Origin: a virus
Taxonomy: Duplodnaviria > Caudoviricetes
Strand: one strand, 5' to 3'
Virus record (IMG/VR): IMGVR_UViG_3300032330_002024
Span: 6,993 to 70,992 of that record
Length of the DNA: 64,000 nucleotides
Notes under the pieces: generated by a model
Database searches by the model: none
The model's input: the letters and a program-made list of their open reading frames with translations, nothing else
Told to the model about the DNA's origin: nothing
Translations under genes and position numbers: made by a program
Shown: piece after piece, positions 20,610-31,516 of the stretch
How the letters are laid out: every line of letters begins with the position of its first letter
Position numbering within the stretch: position 1 is the stretch's first letter

Positions 20610-22448
20610 ATGGCAAACAAAAAGATATCTTATACAACTAGAGATTTTCAACAAATAAGAAACGAATTAATCAATTTTACAAAGACGTATTATCCTGATT
20701 TAGTTGATAATTTTAACGACGCTTCTGTCTTTTCAGCACTTTTAGATTTAAATGCTGCGGTATCAGACAACTTACAGTTTAATATTGATAGAAGTATTCA
20801 GGAGACAGTTCTACAATACGCTCAACAAAAATCTTCAATTTATAATATTGCTAGAACTTACGGGTTAAAGATACCTGGACAAAGACCTTCAGTTGCTTTG
20901 GTTGATTTTTCAATCACAGTTCCTGCTTTTGGAGATAAAGAAGATGTTAGGTATTGTGGTATTTTAAGAAGAGGTTCTCAAGTGTTAGGGGCGGGACAAA
21001 TTTTTGAAAATGTATATGATATTGATTTTGCTTCACCTGTAAATGCCGAAGGATTTCCAAATAGATTAAAAATACCAAATTTTGATGCTAATAATAAACT
21101 TTTAAACTATACTATTGTTAAAAGAGAAACAGTAGTTAATGGTCAAACAAAAGTTTATAAAAAAGTTATTACATCAAACGATGTTAAACCATTTTATGAA
21201 TTATTTTTACCTGAAAAAAATGTTTTAGGTATTACAAGTGTACTTCTAAAAGATGGTACTCAATATGCTAATGTACCAAGTTCTCAAGAGTTTATAGGTC
21301 TTGATAATAGATGGTATGAAGTTCAAGCTTTGGCTGAAAATAGAGTTTTTGTTGAAGACCCTACTAAAGTATCGGATAGTCCTGGTATTAAAGTTGGAAA
21401 ATACATTGAAACAAGTACTAAATTTATGTCAGAATTCACACCTGAAGGATTTTGTAAAATGACGTTTGGTGGTGGTAGTCAATCTGCGGATGAACAATTA
21501 AGAGAGTTTGCTAGAAATGGATACAAATTGAATTTGTACAAATATTCAAATAACTTTGCTTTAGGGTCAACATTAAAGGCAAATACTACATTATTTGTTC
21601 AGTATAGAGTTGGTGGTGGAGTATCATCAAATTTAGGTGTTAACGTTATTACTCAAATAGGTAATGTTTCATTTTATGTTAATGGACCATCGGCAAATAT
21701 TAATAATGTAACAATTAATTCACTTCGTTGTACAAATGTTACTGCGGCGATTGGAGGAGCAAATAACCCAACAATAGAAGAAGTTAGAAATTTAGTATCA
21801 TTTAATTTTGCGGCTCAAAACAGAGCGGTTACTGTAAATGATTATGATTCTATTATAAGAACGATGCCTTCACAGTTTGGGGCACCAGCAAAGGTTACAA
21901 TAACTGAAGATAATAACAAAATTAGAGTAAAAATGTTGTCATATGATAACAATGGTACTCTAACTGAAGTTATTTCAAATACGTTAAAAAGTAATGTTGC
22001 GAATTATCTATCTAACTACAGGATGATTAATGACTATATTTCAATTGAAAGTGCTAATGTTGTTGATTTGGCATTAAACATTGATGTGGTTTTAAACAAT
22101 AGTCAAAATCAAGGAGCGGTAATATCCCAATTAATTAGTATTGTCAGTACTTTCTTTGACCCTGGTACACGAAACATGGGAGAGAATGTATATATCTCCG
22201 ATTTGAGACGTTTAGTACAAGACGAAAATGGTGTTATTTCTGTTTCAGATATTCAAGTCTTTAACAGAGTTGGTGGTCAATATTCGTCATCACAAACATC
22301 ACAATCATATTCTGATAATACAACAAAACAAATCCAATTGGTTGATGATACTATTTTTGCACAACCAACACAAATTTATCAAGTAAGATTTGCGACCAAA
22401 GATATTACAATTAGAGTTAAAAATCTTACTACTGTTAACTTTTCTTGA
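20610..22448 (+). CDS. Baseplate wedge subunit, T4 gp6 / baseplate J-like
   Basis: YTTRDFQQIRNELI, SIYNIARTYG, QYRVGGG..N, AQNRAVTVNDY; follows gp25. Confidence 0.85.
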   Translation: MANKKISYTTRDFQQIRNELINFTKTYYPDLVDNFNDASVFSALLDLNAAVSDNLQFNIDRSIQETVLQYAQQKSSIYNIARTYGLKIPGQRPSVALVDFSITVPAFGDKEDVRYCGILRRGSQVLGAGQIFENVYDIDFASPVNAEGFPNRLKIPNFDANNKLLNYTIVKRETVVNGQTKVYKKVITSNDVKPFYELFLPEKNVLGITSVLLKDGTQYANVPSSQEFIGLDNRWYEVQALAENRVFVEDPTKVSDSPGIKVGKYIETSTKFMSEFTPEGFCKMTFGGGSQSADEQLREFARNGYKLNLYKYSNNFALGSTLKANTTLFVQYRVGGGVSSNLGVNVITQIGNVSFYVNGPSANINNVTINSLRCTNVTAAIGGANNPTIEEVRNLVSFNFAAQNRAVTVNDYDSIIRTMPSQFGAPAKVTITEDNNKIRVKMLSYDNNGTLTEVISNTLKSNVANYLSNYRMINDYISIESANVVDLALNIDVVLNNSQNQGAVISQLISIVSTFFDPGTRNMGENVYISDLRRLVQDENGVISVSDIQVFNRVGGQYSSSQTSQSYSDNTTKQIQLVDDTIFAQPTQIYQVRFATKDITIRVKNLTTVNFS

Positions 22449-22500
22449 TAATTTATTTTAGAAATTTTTATCTTATCTTTTTTAAAAATTTCAAATAAAC

Positions 22501-22507
22501 TATTTAT
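22501..22507 (+). promoter_or_regulatory. TATTTAT motif, candidate late promoter
   Basis: 13 nt before ATG 22521. Confidence 0.5.
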
Positions 22508-22520
22508 GAAAAAACGTTAA

Positions 22521-25500
22521 ATGTCAGATTCATATAGAATAAGAACACAAGTAGGTGTTGACAAATCAGTTAGAGTACAATTAGACCAAGATTTTGAGTC
22601 TTTAGAAATCTTATCTTTAAAGATTTTACAGAGTGATATTTATACTCGACAATGTTCTGATTATGGGGTAGTCGTTGGTAGAGTAACGGTTAATAACGGT
22701 TTAGGTTTACCTAAAGCAAAAATATCTGTTTTTATACCTCTATCTGAAAGTGATTTCCTTAATCCTGTTATTTCAACATTATATCCTTATAAATCATTAA
22801 ATGAGTTAAATGAAGATGGTTTTAGATATAATCTTTTACCATATCAAAAACAACATAGTGGACATAATCCAACAGGTACTTTTTTCAATAGAGAGGATGT
22901 GTTAACTAATCCTTCATTTATTGAAGTTTACGACAAGTATTATAAGTATACATGTCAAACAAATGATAGTGGTGATTATATGATTTTTGGAGTACCAATC
23001 GGTACTCAAACTATTCACGTAGATATTGATTTATCTGATATTGGAGAATTTTCATTATCACCACAAGATTTGATTAGAGCAGGTTTTGCGACTGAAAACC
23101 AAATAAATGGAACTGAGTTTAAAAACTCATTTAATTTATCTGAATTACCTCAAATTGTTACTATTAATAGAACTTTAGAGGTTGAACCTTTTTGGGGACA
23201 ACCTGAAATTTGTAATTTAGGTATTACAAGAACTGACTTTGACTTACAACAAGAATTAGGTTTAAAAATTGAACCTACTGCAATTTTTATGGGGTCTTTA
23301 ATTTCTAATGTTGATGAAGCGGTTTTAAAACAAAGATGTAATATAAAACCTAAATTAGGTGATAAGTGTAGTTTAATTACGGGACCTGGTCAAATTTTAG
23401 CGATTCGTCAAACAATATTTTCTGACAATTTAGGTAGACCAATTTTAGAAGAATTTAAACTTGAACAAGGAGGTAAATGTATTGATGAAAACGGAACGTG
23501 GTTAGTTGACGTACCAATGAATTTAGATTATGTAACAACTAATGAATATGGTGAAAGAATTATTTCATTAGACCCAAACATTGGAGTACCGACTAAGGCG
23601 AAATACCGATTTAAAATTAAATGGGAACAACCGAATGAAACTTCAGTTAGAAGAGCTAGTTTTTTAGTGCCAAATGTTAAAGAATGGGGTTGGGATAGTC
23701 CTGATGATGACCCAAGTTATTTGGATAATTATGCTAATACACAATGTAAAACACCAAATACAAATGATTATAATAGTCCAGGATATAAACAAGTTAAGGC
23801 ATCTTACGCTTTCAGTTTAAATTGGGATGAATATGGGGAGACTAATAATTTAGGTAACTTAACCTCAACTGGTGAGTTAATGATTGAAGAAGCTATAACA
23901 TGTAAAGATAGATTTTATTATATGACATATAATAAAGTTTATTCGGTTTCACAGTTACTAACTGAATATAAGTCACAAAATGGTGCTAAAAATTATATAG
24001 GTATAAAAAATATACTTAATGAGGATTGTGCGAATACGACAAATAAATTCCCATCCAATGATGGTCAAATGGAAGGTTCTTTTTTGTATTCTTTAATAGT
24101 TTATTTATTTGGTCTTCTTTTACCTATTATTTTTGCGATAACATTTATTTTGCACGTATTATTAGCAATTGTGTGTCTTTTATCATATATTGTTTGGTTT
24201 ATAAAATTAATTGTTTGTGGATTATATGACGCTTTTGATGAGTTAACTAATTTAGAATTTTTAAATATTTCACCTTTTGGATTTTTAAGACCTATTACTA
24301 ATTTATTACGACAAGGTTGTAATGTATTAACGGACGCTTATGTATTTTTAGATGATACATGTAAAGGTTTTAAATTTAATTTACCAATGTATTCTTATCC
24401 TGATTGTGAGTTTTGTGATTGTGGACCTGTTGAATTTGGTGGGGAGATATCACCATCAGATGTTGGAGGAGGTGGTTTAACAACTTTCAATGAAAGTAAT
24501 GGTAATATGTTTACCTTCTTATCACAGATTAATTCACCTGGAAATTATACGTGTGGTAGTACTTATTTAAATAATTTAATTTCAGGATATAGTAATAGAG
24601 TTCCATCACTCCAAGGTGGTGGGAGTTCTTATTATTTCACATCTAGTTTAAATTTTTCAGAAAGACTAAACCTTTATAATACTAAAGCGAAGTATTTTAA
24701 CGAAAGTCCTGAAAATCCTGGTGGTGGTTGGAATAGAGTTAAAGTTAGTTTTAACGTAAATATGAATGACCCTCAAACACAATGGCATTTGGATAACATT
24801 GTTGTTTTGATGATTAATCCTGACTCTCAAATGGATTATGCTGTTGGTAACTTAATAACATTTCAGGATTACAAACTTTCAACAGACCCCAATTTAACGG
24901 GTAGTACTGTGTTGAATAGTTTTAATAATAATGCAATAACAGGTACTCCAACAGGTTTTATTACTGGACCTTCAGGTTCTGAATATTATCAAGAATCCAT
25001 CTCAGTTTCATATGCTAATCCTGACGGTTCAGGTAATTTGAGTCAACTTTATGTAATAACAGGAGGAACAGATGATGCTAACTATTGTAAATTCCCGATT
25101 GATTTGGAATATTTCCAAATTATACATAGTAGTTCAGTTTCTGACTTTATAGCTGACAGTAATCCTAATGAACCAAATACATTTACTAATAGATTTTTAA
25201 ACAATTATTCTTTGGTTACTCAAATTAATGGTAGTGGTGGTGCTTTTTCAAATGAATCACAAACAACTATTAATAATTCTTGTTTTAATGATTTTGGTAA
25301 TCAAATATTGGTATTTTTAGTTAGGGGTGTTGACCCAAATTCGACTAAAACTACTTGTCAGTTTGATTTAAGTAGAATATATGGTTATGATACCGATTTT
25401 ACAACAACTTGGAATCCTGTATACACTATTTCAGGACAGTTTAAATTAAATATACCAATACAAGGAAGTTATAGATGTGTTCGTCATAATGACCCTTCAA

Positions 25501-27668
25501 TATTAGCGAATAGTTCATCTATAGATTCATATTCAAATGAATTTTTATATTATAATTCTTTTCATTTTTCACCTAGTTTAACAAATTTTTTACCATTCCA
25601 AACTAATTTGACAACATTTTATTCTAAAATTGATGAATCAAATGTTAATGGTGCGGGTATAGGTGTTGTACAACCTAATCCTGTTTTACCAAACTCAGGA
25701 TTAGTCATAAGTCTATCTAACGGATTTACAAAAGAATTATATATATTAGGTAATGCTACTCCTGATATATATGTTACTTATCCGTCAGGTCCAACTCTAC
25801 CACAATCAGTATGGAACTGGCCTACCTCAACGAGAGACAGAGGTTATTATAGAAATGAAATAGTTGAAGGAGGTTCATTTATGAATGTTAATCCTGGAAA
25901 TTTATACCCTACTTGGTCTATAATTCCGACAGTATCTGTACCAACATTCCCACCATCGGTAACATCCAATTATTATTGTGAAAAGTATCAATCAACTGAT
26001 GTTGTTAACATTAATTTAGGTTTATCTGGTAGACAAATAGTTATGAGGTCAGATAGATTACCAACGTCTACAAGTAATGAAAACTCAGGTTCAGCAACTT
26101 ACCCATTATTTTCAAATAATAATTTTGGAATTTTTTCTGTTCCTGAAAATGGGTATAATAGTGTTGAATCCTTATCAGGTATTGGTGAAATGTCTGACGG
26201 AACTAATATTGATAATCAAGAATTTTTAACTAATTTGGCAAACGAATTACCAAATTTTGGAGGTTCAGGGGTTGCTAATTCATATGGTTGTGGTAATATC
26301 GCTCCATTAGGGTGTTATGAAGTTGGACCTAATGGTATTGTACAATTAAAACCACCTGGAGACCCTTGTTATGAGAATGGTATTAATGGTGAATTAATTA
26401 TTAATAATGGTAGTTGTTATGGTTTAGTAAGTGTGCCAATTGCCTCATTACTATTAGATTTCTCTTTAATTATTGAATGGATTAAAAGAGTAAAATTAAA
26501 TATTGCGGCTTGTCAAGGTATATTTGGACATATATTTACAAACAATTGGATAAATGGTACCCTGTTCGCATTTCCATTTAGTAATTCTACAAGATATACT
26601 AGTAATTTTTCAGAACAACTTCCAGGTGAATTACCGCCAAACAGTCCTTATTCTTGTTTTTGTAAACATAATATATTTTTAAATCTTGACACATTTAGTT
26701 TTTATTATAGATGTTCACCATATCAAACATCAGTCGGTTTTATTGGTAGAAGAAATCCAAATGGTAATGCAGGTAATAAAAAAGATTTAATGTATCCGAC
26801 AACTTTAATTGATTTAGGACCTAGAACATTTTACGCTGATGAATTGTCATTGAATAATGATTATAATGGTTATGTTATGGATAGGTTATCTCCGACATCA
26901 TATAAAGATACATCTGAACTTTTGAATATATTTTTCTTATCAAAACTTATATCAACAAATATAATTAATCAAATAATAATTGCTAATGAGAATCCTGTTG
27001 TTCTTTTCTTCCCTAGACCAAATGCTAAAATTTCAGGTGACTACGCTCAAATGGATGCTATAAATTCACAATTGGGGGTTAGAGATTATCAGGACGGTGA
27101 ATATGGTGCGGATGAAATATACTTTGGTAACCCAATAAGTCCTATTTTTGGAGTTTTTTATAATTCTAATTTACAAACTACTGATTGGATTTCACCTAAA
27201 AGAACTATTATAAATCAATACTCGGACCCAAGTAATTATTGTACTTTTGATGAATTCCCTATTGATTCTCAAGAAGTTCCTTTTTATTTATGGCGTATTG
27301 TACCATCTCTTAATTTTGACAATATTTTTGGTACTCAGATGAATGAATGGCTCACCCTTCCAATTGGTCAAACATTCCATACTTTAAAATATCAAGAAGT
27401 TGATAGAATTAATGTGTTACATAGAAATATGCAACCAGTTGACACAACCCAATCAAGGTTTTTTAAAGGATTTATTTCTAATATTATTGGTTATGACCCG
27501 GTTACTTTAAATCCAACCTATTCTGCATATCCACCGACTGCTGGAGGACCAATAGATAGGTTAGTTTTACAAGGGGCTCCATATTATTTTTATTTTGGAT
27601 TGATACCTGGTACAACAGCTTATGATAGATACCAAACTAAATGGATAAAAACTGAAATAATTCAATAA
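22521..27668 (+). CDS. Large virion/baseplate-region protein (1715 aa): N-terminal carboxypeptidase-regulatory-like Ig domain and central hydrophobic hairpin
   Basis: GVVVGRVTVNNGLGLPKAKISV..TNDSGDYMIFGVPIG; about 50-aa hydrophobic stretch near nt 24080-24235; inside the baseplate operon. Confidence 0.55.
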   Translation: MSDSYRIRTQVGVDKSVRVQLDQDFESLEILSLKILQSDIYTRQCSDYGVVVGRVTVNNGLGLPKAKISVFIPLSESDFLNPVISTLYPYKSLNELNEDGFRYNLLPYQKQHSGHNPTGTFFNREDVLTNPSFIEVYDKYYKYTCQTNDSGDYMIFGVPIGTQTIHVDIDLSDIGEFSLSPQDLIRAGFATENQINGTEFKNSFNLSELPQIVTINRTLEVEPFWGQPEICNLGITRTDFDLQQELGLKIEPTAIFMGSLISNVDEAVLKQRCNIKPKLGDKCSLITGPGQILAIRQTIFSDNLGRPILEEFKLEQGGKCIDENGTWLVDVPMNLDYVTTNEYGERIISLDPNIGVPTKAKYRFKIKWEQPNETSVRRASFLVPNVKEWGWDSPDDDPSYLDNYANTQCKTPNTNDYNSPGYKQVKASYAFSLNWDEYGETNNLGNLTSTGELMIEEAITCKDRFYYMTYNKVYSVSQLLTEYKSQNGAKNYIGIKNILNEDCANTTNKFPSNDGQMEGSFLYSLIVYLFGLLLPIIFAITFILHVLLAIVCLLSYIVWFIKLIVCGLYDAFDELTNLEFLNISPFGFLRPITNLLRQGCNVLTDAYVFLDDTCKGFKFNLPMYSYPDCEFCDCGPVEFGGEISPSDVGGGGLTTFNESNGNMFTFLSQINSPGNYTCGSTYLNNLISGYSNRVPSLQGGGSSYYFTSSLNFSERLNLYNTKAKYFNESPENPGGGWNRVKVSFNVNMNDPQTQWHLDNIVVLMINPDSQMDYAVGNLITFQDYKLSTDPNLTGSTVLNSFNNNAITGTPTGFITGPSGSEYYQESISVSYANPDGSGNLSQLYVITGGTDDANYCKFPIDLEYFQIIHSSSVSDFIADSNPNEPNTFTNRFLNNYSLVTQINGSGGAFSNESQTTINNSCFNDFGNQILVFLVRGVDPNSTKTTCQFDLSRIYGYDTDFTTTWNPVYTISGQFKLNIPIQGSYRCVRHNDPSILANSSSIDSYSNEFLYYNSFHFSPSLTNFLPFQTNLTTFYSKIDESNVNGAGIGVVQPNPVLPNSGLVISLSNGFTKELYILGNATPDIYVTYPSGPTLPQSVWNWPTSTRDRGYYRNEIVEGGSFMNVNPGNLYPTWSIIPTVSVPTFPPSVTSNYYCEKYQSTDVVNINLGLSGRQIVMRSDRLPTSTSNENSGSATYPLFSNNNFGIFSVPENGYNSVESLSGIGEMSDGTNIDNQEFLTNLANELPNFGGSGVANSYGCGNIAPLGCYEVGPNGIVQLKPPGDPCYENGINGELIINNGSCYGLVSVPIASLLLDFSLIIEWIKRVKLNIAACQGIFGHIFTNNWINGTLFAFPFSNSTRYTSNFSEQLPGELPPNSPYSCFCKHNIFLNLDTFSFYYRCSPYQTSVGFIGRRNPNGNAGNKKDLMYPTTLIDLGPRTFYADELSLNNDYNGYVMDRLSPTSYKDTSELLNIFFLSKLISTNIINQIIIANENPVVLFFPRPNAKISGDYAQMDAINSQLGVRDYQDGEYGADEIYFGNPISPIFGVFYNSNLQTTDWISPKRTIINQYSDPSNYCTFDEFPIDSQEVPFYLWRIVPSLNFDNIFGTQMNEWLTLPIGQTFHTLKYQEVDRINVLHRNMQPVDTTQSRFFKGFISNIIGYDPVTLNPTYSAYPPTAGGPIDRLVLQGAPYYFYFGLIPGTTAYDRYQTKWIKTEIIQ

Positions 27669-27670
27669 TA

Positions 27671-29491
27671 ATGAGTAGAATTTCTGACGATAGAGTTGTT
27701 TTAGGTTCATTAAGATTTAAATCCGCACCGAACACTGATTTTTTATTTAAAATACCTTTTATACAAAGTAGTAAAATACTAACAGAGTATGATAGGAGTA
27801 TAAGTATTAGTTTAAGTCAAGTTTTTGATGATGAAAGACAAAAATCTACTTTTTTTAGACCAACTTGTAAATTTCAAATTTTATTTAAAAATTCATATGT
27901 TGGATATTCAAATTATGAACCTTTTAAAAATCAATTGTATTATACAAACGCGATACAAGCATCTCAGTTAGCTTGTTTAAACCCTCAAAATAATCTATGG
28001 TATGGTTTTCCACAATATAGTGAATTTGATTTTGTTAGAAGTGATATTTTCGAAACAGGTTATACTCAAAACAATGATACATTAAGTCCTCCTTTGATTC
28101 ATAATAAGATTATAAATAAAAGTGCGTCAACCTATAATTGGAATCACTTTTTGAGTTATGCTTATGAAAACGATTATAATAAAAGGCTTCAAGCTATTTA
28201 CCAAGTTGAAAATAATCCTGTTTTAACTTTAAACTGGACTGTTTCTGATGGGATACCATTTATTGTTTATAACACACAAATGGATGGTCTTAATGTGGTT
28301 TCACTTGTTTGTCCAATAAAACATAATGTTAATGTTGGTGAATATGTTAAATTAAGTTTTAGTTATCTTGGAAATGATACATTTTTGGTTGATTCATTAG
28401 GGAATGGGTCATTAAATAGTGATGAGTATATTGTTAATATAATTAATCCTGGTTTTATTGGTTTTATATTTAATAATAATCAAACAGGTACTTTTAAAAG
28501 GATTATTAATTTAAATAATTTAAATGAAACAACGTCAAAATACTATGTTAGAAGACATAAAATACTAACAAATTATACGGACTCTATTTTAACTAACGCA
28601 GGATTTGAAGAAAATATTTTTGGTGTTGAAAGAAAATATGAGAGACCTGCTTTAACTCCAAACAATTATGGTAGAATCTCAAATAAAAATGGTGTTAAAT
28701 CTTACACTTTAAGTTTTAATAAAGATGTTGATATTTTAGGTTTGATTGATAATCAAAAAAGACCAATATCTGAATTATTTTTTACAACGGTTTGGGTTGG
28801 TTATTTTGGATGGACATTGGGTGAACCTAATAATAATGGCGGTTTTTATCGAATGAGACAAGGTTGGGAATTCAATCTTCCATTACATCCTGTTACACAA
28901 TTACCAACACAATGGTGGTCATATTTGAATAGTAATTCGGATTCTTTAATTAATAATACTTACTATAATGTTCCTTTACCATATGGTTCAAATAATGGTA
29001 CACTTTATAATTTTGTTCACAATGTTAATTTAAAAGAAAACGATATTATTGATGGGGCAATTTGTGAGTGGAATGATTTTTTACAGGAAGAGACAGTTTT
29101 AAATGAATTATATCATAAGATAACTTTTAACAGATATAATTTTGATATTGGAATGACAAGTCCGTTATCATTAAATCAATTTGGTTATTATTACAAACCA
29201 TTTGAAAGTGTGCAAATTAGAGCGTTTTCAGATTCGATAGAACAAGCACCACCAAGTAATGATTACATTGTGCCTGATTACTCTCAGTTTTCAGTAAATC
29301 GTAATGTTTTTGTATGGAAAGATATATATACATATGGATTCATTGATACTAATGGTATTGGTGTTGATTTTCCTTTTTTAAATAATAAACACCACCCTTA
29401 CAAAAATATTATTTTTAGAATAATACCTGAAGGTACAAACTATAGAGAGTTTACTACCATAATTGACCCAATAATCGACAACTGTGAGTAA
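27671..29491 (+). CDS. Putative virion structural protein (606 aa)
   Basis: Tightly packed in the baseplate operon; N/Y/F-rich beta-type composition. Confidence 0.5.
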   Translation: MSRISDDRVVLGSLRFKSAPNTDFLFKIPFIQSSKILTEYDRSISISLSQVFDDERQKSTFFRPTCKFQILFKNSYVGYSNYEPFKNQLYYTNAIQASQLACLNPQNNLWYGFPQYSEFDFVRSDIFETGYTQNNDTLSPPLIHNKIINKSASTYNWNHFLSYAYENDYNKRLQAIYQVENNPVLTLNWTVSDGIPFIVYNTQMDGLNVVSLVCPIKHNVNVGEYVKLSFSYLGNDTFLVDSLGNGSLNSDEYIVNIINPGFIGFIFNNNQTGTFKRIINLNNLNETTSKYYVRRHKILTNYTDSILTNAGFEENIFGVERKYERPALTPNNYGRISNKNGVKSYTLSFNKDVDILGLIDNQKRPISELFFTTVWVGYFGWTLGEPNNNGGFYRMRQGWEFNLPLHPVTQLPTQWWSYLNSNSDSLINNTYYNVPLPYGSNNGTLYNFVHNVNLKENDIIDGAICEWNDFLQEETVLNELYHKITFNRYNFDIGMTSPLSLNQFGYYYKPFESVQIRAFSDSIEQAPPSNDYIVPDYSQFSVNRNVFVWKDIYTYGFIDTNGIGVDFPFLNNKHHPYKNIIFRIIPEGTNYREFTTIIDPIIDNCE

Positions 29492-30305
29492 TAAATACAA
29501 ATTTACAATACCAATATCAACTGATAAGTATCTAAATATACCTGTTGAAATTAAGTGGGATTTTCACGGACAAGATGATAGTATTGAAGAATTTCAAGAA
29601 AATTTAATTGAAGATATTATTGGTAATCCAAAAGATTACGAGACTACAAGATTTTCACATAATATATATGGTGAAAATTCACTTACAAAACTACAGTATA
29701 ATTTTTTCTTTTATAATTCTACTGCCAATGATATACCAACATCAAATATTTTAAATTGGACTCAAAGTTACGAAAACGCAGGGATTCCTTATAATGATGT
29801 ATATTTCAAAACAAAACCTTTTAAAAAATCTTTTTTTAAAATAGATTTTTATGATACAAAAGAACCAAGTACCCAAAAAAATTATTTTACAATTATTTTA
29901 CCCGTTGCTAATAGTGAATTTACGGAAGAATTTATACCAAGTATAAATTCATTGAATAACGTGAAAATTAATTTTCCACAGTTTAATTTGGATTATGTTG
30001 GTTATAGTGAAGGGTTTTTTATCTATTGGTTAAAAGATTTTGATTTATTTAAGCTGAAAACATTTTATATGACTGCTAAATTTTTTGATGCTAAAAATGG
30101 TGTTTTTATAAAAATGATGACAGTACCACAAGCAACTTTACCTGGTGATAGATTTTCATTTAATCCATCTGATTATTTTTATTATAAAGTAGATTTAAAT
30201 TATACTGATAAGACATATGAAATTTATGATGTCATTTCATTGAACAGGGTAGGTACCGATACTTCACCTATAAATTGGTTTGAATATGTTAACCCACCAG
30301 CATAA
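29484..30305 (+). CDS. Putative virion structural protein (273 aa)
   Basis: GTG start overlapping the upstream stop; baseplate operon context. Confidence 0.5.
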   Translation: MSNKYKFTIPISTDKYLNIPVEIKWDFHGQDDSIEEFQENLIEDIIGNPKDYETTRFSHNIYGENSLTKLQYNFFFYNSTANDIPTSNILNWTQSYENAGIPYNDVYFKTKPFKKSFFKIDFYDTKEPSTQKNYFTIILPVANSEFTEEFIPSINSLNNVKINFPQFNLDYVGYSEGFFIYWLKDFDLFKLKTFYMTAKFFDAKNGVFIKMMTVPQATLPGDRFSFNPSDYFYYKVDLNYTDKTYEIYDVISLNRVGTDTSPINWFEYVNPPA

Positions 30306-31477
30306 TGGAAGATAGATTATTTAAAATAAAAATTTCACCTGAAAATATTAAAGGAGACATAGTACCAGTTAGATATATTCTAAATGAATATTCTGAAGTA
30401 CTTCCATTTGACCCATGTTGTCAAATAACAGGTGATACTGTAACAGGTATTACTACTGGAATTACTTTTACATATACTTCTATGACTGAATTACTTTCGG
30501 GAGGTACTGAAGGTAAATCACTTTTAAATTTAACAATCCCAATTTTTTTAAGTGAAAATATTGTTGATATTGGTTATTATAATGTATTTGATGGACTTAT
30601 ATCTCAAAAAGATATCTTATTAAATTTTTTATTTAGTGCTGATACTATAAATCCATACAGGTATTACTTTTTTAATACATCGGATATTGAATTTAAAAAA
30701 TTTCTTGAGTTTTGTAATTACCAAATTAGTTGGGGTGACGGAACACCAATTCAAGTTGTAACGTCAGTTTCACCAAACTATTATTATCATGATTATGTAC
30801 AAGACGGTGAATATGAAATTGTAATGTCAGGTATGAGTCCTTGGGGATATAATGTCATTAAAAAAACAATATATGTTCCATTTGACAATGTTACAATTGA
30901 CAATCCGAGTGGGGAAGTATTTTTTATACCAAGTGGGGGTAATTGGTCAGCAACTCCAATATCTTATGATTACATTTTTTCAGGTGATTCATATTGTGAA
31001 AATAATTCACCGTGTTGTGATTTTACAACAGTCCCATTTTTAGTCACAGGATATACCTTTTCAAGGGTAAATGACTTAGAAGTTTATGGTAAAAAAGTAA
31101 ATTTAGCGTTAGGTAAGTTTAAACCAGGGGTAACAGTTACAGGACCTAATGGTTCTGAAGGTGTTTGGTGGGGTCCATCTCCTGATGGATTGTATACCGC
31201 CTATACAATAAATAATATTAATTACTATGATTATGTAGATGGCTCAACGGTATTTGTTGTTGAATCATCGGGATGTACAAGTGATTTGATATGTTCAGCA
31301 ATTACAAAAAATGAAGTTTTAATGAATGTTATTTCAGAAATTGAAGTACAATCAAATGTTTTTGCGGAAAGAGGTAAAAATACAGCTTTAGAATATATCC
31401 AAAGATTAGGTGAAGTGAGGAATATGGGACAACTTGATAGTTATGGTTATGGATTTTTTAATGTTATAAAAATATAA
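30305..31477 (+). CDS. Putative virion protein with PKD-like domain
   Basis: YQISWGDGTP..YYYHDYVQDGEYEIVMSG fits the PKD WGDG..H.Y..G.Y pattern. Confidence 0.55.
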   Translation: MEDRLFKIKISPENIKGDIVPVRYILNEYSEVLPFDPCCQITGDTVTGITTGITFTYTSMTELLSGGTEGKSLLNLTIPIFLSENIVDIGYYNVFDGLISQKDILLNFLFSADTINPYRYYFFNTSDIEFKKFLEFCNYQISWGDGTPIQVVTSVSPNYYYHDYVQDGEYEIVMSGMSPWGYNVIKKTIYVPFDNVTIDNPSGEVFFIPSGGNWSATPISYDYIFSGDSYCENNSPCCDFTTVPFLVTGYTFSRVNDLEVYGKKVNLALGKFKPGVTVTGPNGSEGVWWGPSPDGLYTAYTINNINYYDYVDGSTVFVVESSGCTSDLICSAITKNEVLMNVISEIEVQSNVFAERGKNTALEYIQRLGEVRNMGQLDSYGYGFFNVIKI

Positions 31478-31483
31478 ATTCAA

Positions 31484-31495
31484 TATTTATAAATA
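31484..31495 (+). promoter_or_regulatory. TATTTAT motif within palindrome TATTTATAAATA
   Basis: TATTTAT ends 26 nt before ATG 31517. Confidence 0.5.
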
Positions 31496-31516
31496 CGAAA
31501 GTAAAATTATTTTAAA

